A DNA stretch of 64,000 bases. Source: Terriglobales bacterium (GTDB lineage: Bacteria > Acidobacteriota > Terriglobia > Terriglobales > Acidobacteriaceae). The stretch spans positions 190,826-254,825 of the forward strand of contig DATNNO010000085.1 in NCBI GenBank assembly GCA_035601775.1, read 5' to 3'. Below, piece after piece: positions 52,551 through 61,587 of this stretch (position 1 is the first letter of the stretch; each line of letters opens with the position of its first letter). The position numbers were made by a program, and so were the translations under genes. The notes under the pieces were generated by a model that saw only the letters and a list, made by a program, of their open reading frames with translations, did not search any database and had not been told where the DNA came from.

Positions 52551-52744
52551 TTGGTCCGCAGAGTCTCTCAGCTTCCGAACCAAATTGAGGTGCCTGGAGT
52601 TTGTTCGGACGTCCGGTCCGCCCGCGGCTTTGATCATCCGTGCGCACTGGAAACGAAACTCAGACGCCGCTGAGATTGCAGCGGATGTTCGAGGGCGAGC
52701 TCCACAGCATGAGACGGACCCGAATTTATTCTTGACTCTTTCTC

Positions 52745-52767
52745 TCGTTTTGAGACGCCGGGCGCGA
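52745..52767 (+). repeat. Leader repeat copy 2 (TTTCTCTCGTTTTGAGAC)
   Basis: See 52528-52550. The two copies are 217 nt apart, and both lie in the ~720-nt non-coding leader upstream of the NusG paralogue. Confidence 0.6.
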
Positions 52768-52991
52768 GCCGTTCCCGAATTGGAACCGCTAAACATCAGA
52801 TAACATGGAGGTTAGTGAATGGACCGAATTGGCATCCGCCATGCATCTAGCAGCGTCAGGCGAAGAGTGTAGTCGCCTACTTACACCTAAGAACGAATCG
52901 CGGCACAGGTGAGCCGTCTCCAGCAGCGACCGCGAGTGCCAACAAGCTTTTCACACGAAACAAACGCTATCTAAGCGACGGGGGCGAAGCC

Positions 52992-53624
52992 TTGTCTCAA
53001 GTGATGGACGCCAGCACCTCAGCGATGACTCAGAGCTTGTGGTCGCCTCCGCCCCTGCAAACGGCAGAGCGCCTTCCCCACTGGTACGCCGTCTATACGA
53101 GTCCGCGACATGAGAAGCGAGTTCGCGATCATCTGGGGCACCGCCGTGTGGAATGCTTTCTCCCCTTGTTCCGAAGCGTTCATCGCTGGAAAAACGGCTG
53201 CAAGGCCCAGGTTGAACTTCCGCTATTTCCCGGCTACCTGTTCGTGAACATCCCGCGCAGCGAACGGGTGCGAGTCCTGGACGTGCCCGGGGTTCTCTCC
53301 TTTGTCGGTCCTAGAGCCGAACCTGCTCAGCTTCCCGATGTTGAGATCGAGACTTTACGTTCCGGTTTGCACCTACAGAGGTTTGAGCCATATAACAATC
53401 TCATCATTGGCCAAAAGGTCCGCATCAAGGCGGGTTCGCTGACCGGCTTGGCAGGCGTACTGGTTCGCAGCGCGAATGGCTTCCGAGTAGTTCTTACCGT
53501 GGAACTTATCCAACAGAGTGTGGCGGTGGAATTGGACGCTGCTGATGTCGAACCTATCGCCCCCCACTCGATTCACTCCGCACCTACGTTCGCCCAAAGC
53601 CACTCCCTAAATAAATGCCAGTAG
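52992..53624 (+). CDS. NusG-family specialised paralogue (UpxY/RfaH-like transcription antiterminator)
   Basis: NGN-like WYAVYTSPRHEKRVRDHL ... ECFLPL ... LFPGYLFV and KOW-like GQKVRIKAGSLTGLAGVLV. TTG at 52992 or ATG at 53004. It heads an EPS locus. Confidence 0.75.
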   Translation: MSQVMDASTSAMTQSLWSPPPLQTAERLPHWYAVYTSPRHEKRVRDHLGHRRVECFLPLFRSVHRWKNGCKAQVELPLFPGYLFVNIPRSERVRVLDVPGVLSFVGPRAEPAQLPDVEIETLRSGLHLQRFEPYNNLIIGQKVRIKAGSLTGLAGVLVRSANGFRVVLTVELIQQSVAVELDAADVEPIAPHSIHSAPTFAQSHSLNKCQ

Positions 53625-54367
53625 CAAAAGAGCGCAGTAAGAACTCCACAAAGGACCGCATTGTGGAAGCCGCTGTACAACTGTTCTCGCGACAAGGCTT
53701 CGCGGGCAGCAGTACGCACGAGATTGCCCGCCTGGCAGGGGTCAGCGAAGTCACCGTTTTCCGTCATTTTCCGCGAAAAAAAGATCTCTTCTGGGCGGCG
53801 ACCGAGTCCCGTCTCCGGCGGCTGCGGCTCAGCAAGGAACTGCGCGGGCGGCTCGATGCCGATGAGAATCCTCGGACTGCTCTGCCCGGCGTGGTTGCCC
53901 TGCTGGTCGAGACCTTTCACAACCAACCAGAGATGGTCCGCTTGCTCTATCTCAGCCTTTTTGAGCTGGAACATGGCGCAGAACGAATACTGCGCAAGTA
54001 CCTGGTTCCTTTTTTCCAACCGGTTCGTGAATATCTCTCCAGGTGTGCCTCGAACGGACTGGCACGCGATCTCGATCCCTCGATTGCTGCCCTTGCCCTC
54101 ATGACTTCAATCGTGGCGCATCATGGGCTTTATCGCGTAGTGACCAACGAAGTAGATGGTTACACAAGCACCGATGAAGCAACGACTGCGTACGCGGAAT
54201 TCTGGTTCAAAGCCTTAATGTTCGAATCTTCACGGCCCGTGACCAACACGGACGAATGTCTTGCCGCCCCTCAAGACAATCCACAAGAACAGTGGACACG
54301 CGCGCGCGCTGTAAGGCAAAACACCGACAGTAGTCACTCTCCGATACAAGCTCTAGGGATCGAATGA
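53615..54367 (+). CDS. TetR/AcrR-family transcriptional regulator
   Basis: KDRIVEAAVQLFSRQGFAGSSTHEIARLAGVSEVTVFRHFPRKKDLF. It overlaps the upstream gene by 10 nt and the downstream gene by ATGA. Confidence 0.85.
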   Translation: MPVAKERSKNSTKDRIVEAAVQLFSRQGFAGSSTHEIARLAGVSEVTVFRHFPRKKDLFWAATESRLRRLRLSKELRGRLDADENPRTALPGVVALLVETFHNQPEMVRLLYLSLFELEHGAERILRKYLVPFFQPVREYLSRCASNGLARDLDPSIAALALMTSIVAHHGLYRVVTNEVDGYTSTDEATTAYAEFWFKALMFESSRPVTNTDECLAAPQDNPQEQWTRARAVRQNTDSSHSPIQALGIE

Positions 54368-56616
54368 CGGATACCCACTCTCTAGCAACCAACAAAAAGA
54401 CGGACCTGGAACCGTTCAGTTTCTCTGAACAGCATCCAGTGACCATCGAGTCTCACGAAGACCAGATCTCCATCATCCAATTCTGGCGCGTGCTCCAGAA
54501 GCGTCGCTGGCTTGTCATTGGAAGTCTCGCCGCAGTAGTGTTGCTGGTCACTGCCGTCTCTCTGGTTTTACCCAAACGCTATGACGCGTCCTCCCGGCTG
54601 CTGCTCGACCTGGAAGGTTCGCAGGATCTCGGCCTCGACCAGGTTGTGATGCCGATGGGAATTGATCTAGACACGAAGCTGCAAACACAGATACGGATCG
54701 TCCAGAGCGACACCATTGCCGTCAGCGTGATCAAGCAACTTGGGCTTCACCACAACCCAGGATTCGTTGGCAAACAGGCGGTGCCACCGGGAAACGACTT
54801 TGACAACCTGGATTTGCAGACCCGCGCGCGGCTAATGAACGGTTTGCATCGGTATCTGACCGTGCAACTGATTCCTAAAACGGAAATCATTGAGATTCAC
54901 TTTCGCAGCGGGGACCCCAAACTTGCTGCGGACGTCGCTAACGCGGTAGCCAATACTTACATCGAACACAACTTCCAAACCAAGTATCAAGCCACCCTGC
55001 AGACCTCTGAGTGGTTAACCAAGCAACTTGACGATGTGAGAAAGAATGCCGAGGCAGCCCAAGAGAAAGTGATTTCTTATCAAAAGAAGACAGGCTTGCT
55101 GGGAACGGACGAAAGCCACAACATTATTATTGACAGACTTGAGCAGCTAAACAAAGCCCTTTCCGAAGCTGAAGGCGATCGCATCGTAAAGGAAGCGAAA
55201 TATCGCATCGCGATGACAGAGAATCCGGAACTGATCGCGAACATCGCTCCCGACAGCCTCCTCGGCGCGCTTTACAAACAGCGGGCGGAGAGCAGGTCTG
55301 AATATGCACAATTGGCCGCCAAATATGGAGCAGCCTATCCCCGTGTCATCCAACTCCAATCGCAACTGAGCGAGTTGGATTCCAGCATCACCCAGGAAAT
55401 CAGGAAAGTTAGCGAAACCTTACGTGCGGAATACCGGGCGGCATTGAAGTCACAGGAGATGCTGCAGGCAACCCTCGAGAAGCAAAAGGACGATGCTTAC
55501 AAGATGAACCAGGATGCCATCCAGTATGGCATCATGCGGCGCGAAGTCGAATCCAGCCGTGACCTCTATGAAGGGCTACTCAAAAAGCTCAAAGAAGCCG
55601 GTATTCTAGCCGGTCTTAGATCGAGCAATATCAATATTGTGGACCAAGCCAGCGTGCCAATCGAACCCGTCGAGCCCAAGATCCCGCTCAACATAGGTTT
55701 GGGTTGCATGGGTGGTCTCCTGTTTGGCTTGGCCCTGGCTTTCGTGGTTGAGAACGTCGACAGCTCCATTCGCACGCCAGAAGACATTGAAGCCTACTGC
55801 GCGCTTCCTTCTCTTGGAATCATCCCCAGTGTGGCTATGACTCGCCCTGATCGTACTGCCGAGAAGAGCCTGGTTGGTACACGGTCGCCGCAGCTGATCC
55901 TGCCCGTCACCATGGAGCACCGCAACTCCGGCAGCGCCGAGGCGTTTCGCGCGCTCCGTACCTCCCTGTTGCTATCCTCTCCCGGCACGCCCCCACAAGT
56001 GATCCTTGTAACGAGCGCCATGATGCAGGAAGGTAAGAGCTTCACCTCACTGAATCTCGCGGTGGTCCTGTCCCAAACTGGACAAAAGGTACTGCTGGTT
56101 GATTCAGACATGCGCCGGCCCGCGATAAACAAATACTTGGGTATCTCCACGAATCGAGGGCTGAGCGCCTGCTTAGCTGGCACCGAAGATTCGGCGGCCA
56201 TGATCATGAAAATCGAGGAAATTCCGGGACTTCATGTCATGCCCGCGGGGCACATGCCGCCTTATCCATCGGAAATGTTAGCCTCGGAAGCCATGCCACA
56301 GCTTGTGCAGCGCTGGCGCGAGGAGTTCCGCTACATCATAATTGACACTCCGCCGGTGCTTGCGGTCACCGACGCAGTAGTCTGCGCAAGAATCGCCGAC
56401 GCAGTTGTATTGGTTGCGCGCTCTGAAAAAACGGGCCGGCAGTCACTCGTGCGCGCCCGCGATTTGCTGAAGAAGGCCCGCGCGAATATCGCCGGCGTGG
56501 TCGTAAATGATCTCTCTTTCGACTCGGTGGAATATCGCCAGTATTATGGCTACTACGGCAAAGATCATCAAGGCTACTACCACAACGGCAATGGCAACGG
56601 CGACGGTACCCATTGA
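54364..56616 (+). CDS. Polysaccharide co-polymerase / tyrosine autokinase (Wzc/GumC-like)
   Basis: Wzz-like N-terminus with a TM segment, a long coiled-coil, a second TM segment and a C-terminal P-loop kinase (VTSAMMQEGKSFTSLNLA, LLVDSDMRRP, IIIDTPPVL). Tyr-rich tail YRQYYGYYGKDHQGYYHNG. Confidence 0.85.
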   Translation: MTDTHSLATNKKTDLEPFSFSEQHPVTIESHEDQISIIQFWRVLQKRRWLVIGSLAAVVLLVTAVSLVLPKRYDASSRLLLDLEGSQDLGLDQVVMPMGIDLDTKLQTQIRIVQSDTIAVSVIKQLGLHHNPGFVGKQAVPPGNDFDNLDLQTRARLMNGLHRYLTVQLIPKTEIIEIHFRSGDPKLAADVANAVANTYIEHNFQTKYQATLQTSEWLTKQLDDVRKNAEAAQEKVISYQKKTGLLGTDESHNIIIDRLEQLNKALSEAEGDRIVKEAKYRIAMTENPELIANIAPDSLLGALYKQRAESRSEYAQLAAKYGAAYPRVIQLQSQLSELDSSITQEIRKVSETLRAEYRAALKSQEMLQATLEKQKDDAYKMNQDAIQYGIMRREVESSRDLYEGLLKKLKEAGILAGLRSSNINIVDQASVPIEPVEPKIPLNIGLGCMGGLLFGLALAFVVENVDSSIRTPEDIEAYCALPSLGIIPSVAMTRPDRTAEKSLVGTRSPQLILPVTMEHRNSGSAEAFRALRTSLLLSSPGTPPQVILVTSAMMQEGKSFTSLNLAVVLSQTGQKVLLVDSDMRRPAINKYLGISTNRGLSACLAGTEDSAAMIMKIEEIPGLHVMPAGHMPPYPSEMLASEAMPQLVQRWREEFRYIIIDTPPVLAVTDAVVCARIADAVVLVARSEKTGRQSLVRARDLLKKARANIAGVVVNDLSFDSVEYRQYYGYYGKDHQGYYHNGNGNGDGTH

Positions 56617-56665
56617 TTTGCCCGGATAAGGACGATGTCCACAGATAGTTTTCTAGAGAATCCGC

Positions 56666-57619
56666 ATGAAGCAATCGAATGTTTACTCTAAGTATTTCGC
56701 CGCAATGCTCTTAGTACTGACTCTCGCGGCCACAGCCGCGACTGCTCAGGAGAAAGCGGCAGCGCCCGGCGGCATGGCTGGTGGCGTTAGTTTCGGCAGT
56801 GGCGCCGCAGGTCCGATTGGCGCTGGCGACCTGATCGAAATGAGCGTCTTTGACACGCCCGAACTGAGCGGAAAGCTTCGCGTCAGCAATACCGGAGACA
56901 TCTCGCTACCGCTGGTGGGTTCGCTGCACGTGGCTGGGCTCAAAGCGGATGACGTGCAGAGTCTAATACGCCGGAAGTTCATCGACGGTGGATTCCTGAA
57001 AGACCCACAGGTGACGGTGTTTGTCGCCGAATACGCTACACAAGGTGTTTCGGTCCTTGGTGAAGTGAAAAGCCCCGGCATCTATCCTGCGTTCGGATCA
57101 CATCATTTGCTGGATTATATTTCGGTCGCCGGAGGACTTACGCCCTTAGCCGGCACCACCATCACCATTACGCGTGTTGGTCATCCGGATGCGCCGGAGA
57201 ACGTGAAGATCTCAGCCAGCGCGGCTTCCAAGCCACTGAACAATCCGGAGATCCTGCCTGGAGACTCCATCTTCGTGGAGAGAACCGGACTGATCTATGT
57301 CATCGGTGAGGTCGTACGCCCGGGTGGCTTTCCGATGGATCATGATCAACACCTCACTATTCTCCAGGCCATCGCCCTGGCCCAAGGCACGAGTTACACG
57401 GCTGCGAAAGGATCGGCAAAAATCATCCGTACCACGCTGCAAGGACGACAGGAGATACCGGTTAATCTAAAAAACATCCTTGCCGCCAAAGCTCCCGACG
57501 AGCCCCTCCAGGACAACGACATCCTATTCGTGCCGAGCAGCGCGACTAAGGCCACGTTGAAGAACATGGAGAGTCTTCTGCCGGTGGCTGCTTCCGCAAC
57601 GATCTACCGCATCCCTTAG
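56666..57619 (+). CDS. Polysaccharide export protein (Wza-like, Poly_export + SLBB)
   Basis: Signal peptide. IGAGDLIEMSVFDTPELSGKLRVSNTGDISLPLVGSLHVAGL ... GDSIFVERTGLIYVIGEV. Confidence 0.82.
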   Translation: MKQSNVYSKYFAAMLLVLTLAATAATAQEKAAAPGGMAGGVSFGSGAAGPIGAGDLIEMSVFDTPELSGKLRVSNTGDISLPLVGSLHVAGLKADDVQSLIRRKFIDGGFLKDPQVTVFVAEYATQGVSVLGEVKSPGIYPAFGSHHLLDYISVAGGLTPLAGTTITITRVGHPDAPENVKISASAASKPLNNPEILPGDSIFVERTGLIYVIGEVVRPGGFPMDHDQHLTILQAIALAQGTSYTAAKGSAKIIRTTLQGRQEIPVNLKNILAAKAPDEPLQDNDILFVPSSATKATLKNMESLLPVAASATIYRIP

Positions 57620-57732
57620 ACATTTCTTGGCTAGTGGACTGGATCACTGTCCATCTGAGCTGATCCACCTATTCGCGGTATGCATCTCCCACAAAACTCG
57701 ACAAGTGGCAAAGACGCCCAAAAAACTTTGGT

Positions 57733-58986
57733 ATGAGAGTCCTTCACGTTACGAAAACATCGGAAGCATCTTTCTGGGCTGTACGCCAGGCAACCCAACT
57801 CGCACTACGCGGGGTTGAAGTCCATGCCGTGCTTCCGAGTTCTTCCGGGGCGGCTGTGACGGCCTGGCAAAGATCGGGCGCGACCCTGCATTTTCTGGAT
57901 TGTAGCTTGCCGGTGTGCAATCCCGCGGCAGTTTCAAAAAGCGCATCTGAAATCCGGGAATTGGTTGAGTCAGTCCGGCCTGACTTGATTCATACCCACC
58001 ACGTTACAACCACATTGATGCTCCGCCTCGCTCTTGGGCGAAAACACCCCGTACCCAGAGTTTTTCAGGTACCTGGCCCGCTTCATCTGGAGCATTGGCA
58101 TGCTCGCAAGCTCGAGATTGCCTTGGCTGGTGAAAATGATTCCTGGATCGCCAGCAGCCGGTTCATCATGCAGCTCTACCAGAAAGCTGGGATTGCCATA
58201 AGCAGGCTTTTCTTGAGTTACTACACAACAGATACCACTCTTTTCTCAAGCTCCAGGACCGGATACCTGCGGCAGAAGTTACAAATACCGGACAATGCGT
58301 TAGTCGTGGGAAACATTAATCTCATTTATCCCCCAAAGAGATATCTGGGGCACACCGTTGGATTGAAGTGCCACGAGGACATCATCGAAGCAATCAGAAT
58401 CGTGCGGCAGAAGCGAAATGATGTTTGGGGCGTATTGGTCGGCGGCACCTTCGAAGCTTCCCAGAGTTACGAGCGAAAGCTTCGCACTCTGGCCAAGCAA
58501 AAGGGCGACGGCAAGATTCTAATGCCTGGTCATTTCAATTCGCAGGAAGTTGCAAGCAGCTGGCCGGACTTCGATTGTGCTGTGCATGTGCCCCTATCGG
58601 AGAACTGTGGCGGGGTTGTCGAGCCATTGCTCTCGGGCGTTCCTACCGTTGCTGGAGATGTGGGCGGCCTTCCGGAAGTTGTGCGGCCCGGGTTCACGGG
58701 AGAACTTGTGCCGATTCGTCGTCCGGATTTGCTGGCAAAGGCCGTATTGAACGTCTTCGACCATTACGATGAATTCCAGCAGATGGCAGAGTCCGGAAGA
58801 CAACTCGCAAACGTAATGTTCGATCCGGAGCGATGCAGTACCGAGGTTCTGTCCATTTATCGCCACCTGCTATTCGAGGAGCCTCGACCTGATACCTTCC
58901 ATTCAGGACAATTCCTGATTTCAAATCAGGACCCGACTCCCAGGGAAGCTGTTTCTACCCTGAGACTTGCACCCTCAATCCACTGA
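57733..58986 (+). CDS. Glycosyltransferase family 4 (GT-B)
   Basis: MRVLHVTKT... N-terminus. C-terminal E-x7-E-like region SENCGGVVEPLLSGVPTVAGDVGGLPEVV. Confidence 0.8.
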   Translation: MRVLHVTKTSEASFWAVRQATQLALRGVEVHAVLPSSSGAAVTAWQRSGATLHFLDCSLPVCNPAAVSKSASEIRELVESVRPDLIHTHHVTTTLMLRLALGRKHPVPRVFQVPGPLHLEHWHARKLEIALAGENDSWIASSRFIMQLYQKAGIAISRLFLSYYTTDTTLFSSSRTGYLRQKLQIPDNALVVGNINLIYPPKRYLGHTVGLKCHEDIIEAIRIVRQKRNDVWGVLVGGTFEASQSYERKLRTLAKQKGDGKILMPGHFNSQEVASSWPDFDCAVHVPLSENCGGVVEPLLSGVPTVAGDVGGLPEVVRPGFTGELVPIRRPDLLAKAVLNVFDHYDEFQQMAESGRQLANVMFDPERCSTEVLSIYRHLLFEEPRPDTFHSGQFLISNQDPTPREAVSTLRLAPSIH

Positions 58987-60314
58987 TGACTCCGAGAACC
59001 AAGAGAGTATTCGATCTTGCTTTTAGCTGCTTCGCGCTGGTGATCTTGTCGCCACTGCTGCTCGCCGTCGCGCTACTCGTCCGATTATTTCTCGGCTCAC
59101 CGATCCTGTTCCGCCAGGGTCGACCGGGTCTGGGCACCAAGATGTTCACGTGCTTGAAATTCCGCACCATGACCGATGCGCGCGACTTTCAGGGCGAGTT
59201 GCTGCCGGATTCGCAGCGGCTGACTGTACTCGGCGGTTTTCTTCGCAGTGTCAGCATCGACGAACTGCCCGGGCTCATCAATGTGGTTCGCGGCGAGATG
59301 AGCCTGGTGGGACCGCGGCCGCTGCTACCGCAGTACTTGAAGCGCTACACGCCAGAGCAAATGCGCCGGCATGAGGTCAAACCGGGCATCACCGGGTGGG
59401 TGCAGATCAACGGCCGGAATGCCCTTGAGTGGGATCAGAAGTTCGCACTTGACATCTGGTATGTAGATCATCAGAGTCTCTGGCTGGACCTGCGCATCCT
59501 AGCCACAACCGCGTGGCAAGTTTTCAGGCGCAACGGGATTGCACAGCCCGGGCACGCTACCATGCCCGAATTTCTCGGCATGAGGGCCGGGCGTGAAAAA
59601 GGAACCCTGTTGCAACGCAAACGAATTGCAATCATTGGAGCCGGTGGAGCAGCCAGGGAAATCGCTTCCGCTCTGCGTTCCATCAATCAGATTGAACCGC
59701 AATTTGAGTTCTTAGGCTACGTTGTCAGTGACCTGTCTCGATTGCAACCACGCGACAGCCGTGATCAAGTACTGGGAGACTTCGGCTGGTTGCAAGCAAA
59801 CCGGCATTCCCTCGATGCACTCGCAATCGGTATAGGTACTCCGTCCGTGCGGCTGAGGCTCGCCGCTGAACTTCGCCATCTGCTGCCAGGTATCGAGTGG
59901 CCCACGATCATACATCCGACTGCAATTATCGAACTCGATTCAGCCCGAATTGCGGAAGGGTGTTTCATCGGCGCAGGGGTTACGGCAACCGTGAACATCA
60001 CTCTGGAAGCTTTCGTGTTGTGCAATTTTGGATGTACCCTGGGACACGAAGCCCGGATCGGCGCGGGCTCTGTTGTTAATCCGGGCGCAAACATTTCGGG
60101 AGGTGTTGTGATCGGCACAGGCGTACTAGTAGGAACGGGCGCACAAATCCTGCAATATCTTCACATCGGCCCAGGCGCGACTGTCGGTGCGGGAGCGGTC
60201 GTTACCCGTAATGTCCCTGAGGGTCTCACGGTTCTGGGTGTTCCAGCGCGTCCTCGCGCTTTGGGTGAGTTACCGTCTTCGGTCCAGCAAGAGCAATATC
60301 AGACTCAATTCTGA
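58986..60314 (+). CDS. Fused monotopic phosphoglycosyltransferase (PglC/WbaP C-terminal type) and NeuD/PglD-type hexapeptide acetyltransferase
   Basis: N-terminal half: KRVFDLAFSCFALVILSPLLL ... FRTM ... SIDELPGLINVVRGEMSLVGPRP. C-terminal half: IAIIGAGGAAREI followed by left-handed beta-helix repeats (IGAGSVVNPGANISGGVVIGTGVLVGTGAQI). Confidence 0.8.
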   Translation: MTPRTKRVFDLAFSCFALVILSPLLLAVALLVRLFLGSPILFRQGRPGLGTKMFTCLKFRTMTDARDFQGELLPDSQRLTVLGGFLRSVSIDELPGLINVVRGEMSLVGPRPLLPQYLKRYTPEQMRRHEVKPGITGWVQINGRNALEWDQKFALDIWYVDHQSLWLDLRILATTAWQVFRRNGIAQPGHATMPEFLGMRAGREKGTLLQRKRIAIIGAGGAAREIASALRSINQIEPQFEFLGYVVSDLSRLQPRDSRDQVLGDFGWLQANRHSLDALAIGIGTPSVRLRLAAELRHLLPGIEWPTIIHPTAIIELDSARIAEGCFIGAGVTATVNITLEAFVLCNFGCTLGHEARIGAGSVVNPGANISGGVVIGTGVLVGTGAQILQYLHIGPGATVGAGAVVTRNVPEGLTVLGVPARPRALGELPSSVQQEQYQTQF

Positions 60315-60334
60315 AGTCTGTACGTCCTCTATTT

Positions 60335-61513
60335 ATGGATAACGCAGTGACTTCGGCACCTCCGCGCTGCCCTCGTTACGCCAGCTTGGACTTTTGGCGG
60401 GGCGTCGCCCGTTTGATGGTCATTGTGTTTCACTCGACTTACTACCTCCAAGCCGAAAGTGCAGAGACACACGGGCTTCGTAAGCTCTTCCTGGTTGGGC
60501 TGACCTACCTTTGGCTTGGAGTCCCAATCTTTTTCGTCATCTCTGGATACTGCATAAGTGGAGCCTGCGATTCCATGCGGCGCAAAGAGCATTCTGTTCG
60601 CTCCTACCTTTGGCGAAGATACCGCCGAATATTTCCTCCTTTCTGGGCATGCGTCGTGCTTACTGTGGCGGTGTTATTGATCTCAGGCAACTCCGCGCTA
60701 TTCACCGAGTCGACACTACGACATGCTTTCCCCCAGCTAACTTCGCTGTCGCTTTCGCAGTGGCTCGGGAACCTGACGCTTACCGAGTCCTGGCGTCATA
60801 ATTTTGGGGGTAATTCACTAGCTTACTTACTCGGTCAGTCATGGTCGCTGTGTTACGAGGAGCAGTTCTACATCGTCTGCGGGATACTGCTATTTGCCGC
60901 ACTGGGAAAGTTCTTTCGCAATGCCACGTGCATCACTGCTGCGGTGGCTGTCGTTGCGAGTGTCTCGCCTCGCAATTACATCGAAGGGTTCTTTTTCGAC
61001 GGCCGCTGGCTTACGTTCGCGCTCGGAATCCTTGTGTATTGGACGCTCAACTATGCGAGCGAGCCGGCTCGCAGTCGCATAAAGTGCACCATTGTTCTGG
61101 CGTCTTTGACAGCTGTTGCCAGCCTTTCGATCCGCGCCATTCGCATTCTGATCCTTTCCGAGATCTTCCGGACAGAACTACTCTGCGCGCTCTTGTTCAC
61201 AGCGGCGCTGCTCTATCTACGTCCACTTGATGCTCAAATCATGCGGAGCCACATATTCCGTCCAATTAGTTGGGCTGGAGCGATGTGCTACAGCCTCTAT
61301 CTCTGCCACTGGACTGTAGTGAAGCCCATCAGCGCTTGGTTTTGGCATCACGGTTTCACGTCCTTAGCGACGACTATGCTTGTAACTCTCCCACTGTGCC
61401 TCGTGGCCTCATCGGCGGTATCACGACTTTTCTATCTGGGAGTTGAACGTCATTTCCTCAACGCCCGACCCGCACCTCAGCCGAAGCTGCTGGCTTCTGC
61501 TGCAACTGCTTAA
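60335..61513 (+). CDS. Acyltransferase family 3 (membrane O-acyltransferase)
   Basis: SLDFWRGVARLMVIVFHS ... about 10 TM helices, typical of Acyl_transf_3. Confidence 0.78.
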   Translation: MDNAVTSAPPRCPRYASLDFWRGVARLMVIVFHSTYYLQAESAETHGLRKLFLVGLTYLWLGVPIFFVISGYCISGACDSMRRKEHSVRSYLWRRYRRIFPPFWACVVLTVAVLLISGNSALFTESTLRHAFPQLTSLSLSQWLGNLTLTESWRHNFGGNSLAYLLGQSWSLCYEEQFYIVCGILLFAALGKFFRNATCITAAVAVVASVSPRNYIEGFFFDGRWLTFALGILVYWTLNYASEPARSRIKCTIVLASLTAVASLSIRAIRILILSEIFRTELLCALLFTAALLYLRPLDAQIMRSHIFRPISWAGAMCYSLYLCHWTVVKPISAWFWHHGFTSLATTMLVTLPLCLVASSAVSRLFYLGVERHFLNARPAPQPKLLASAATA

Positions 61514-61587
61514 GGACAACTTCGAGAGCTCCCGAGTGCATTTACAGCAAGAGCAATACCAGGTTTGATCCCTCAATCACAGCTCAT

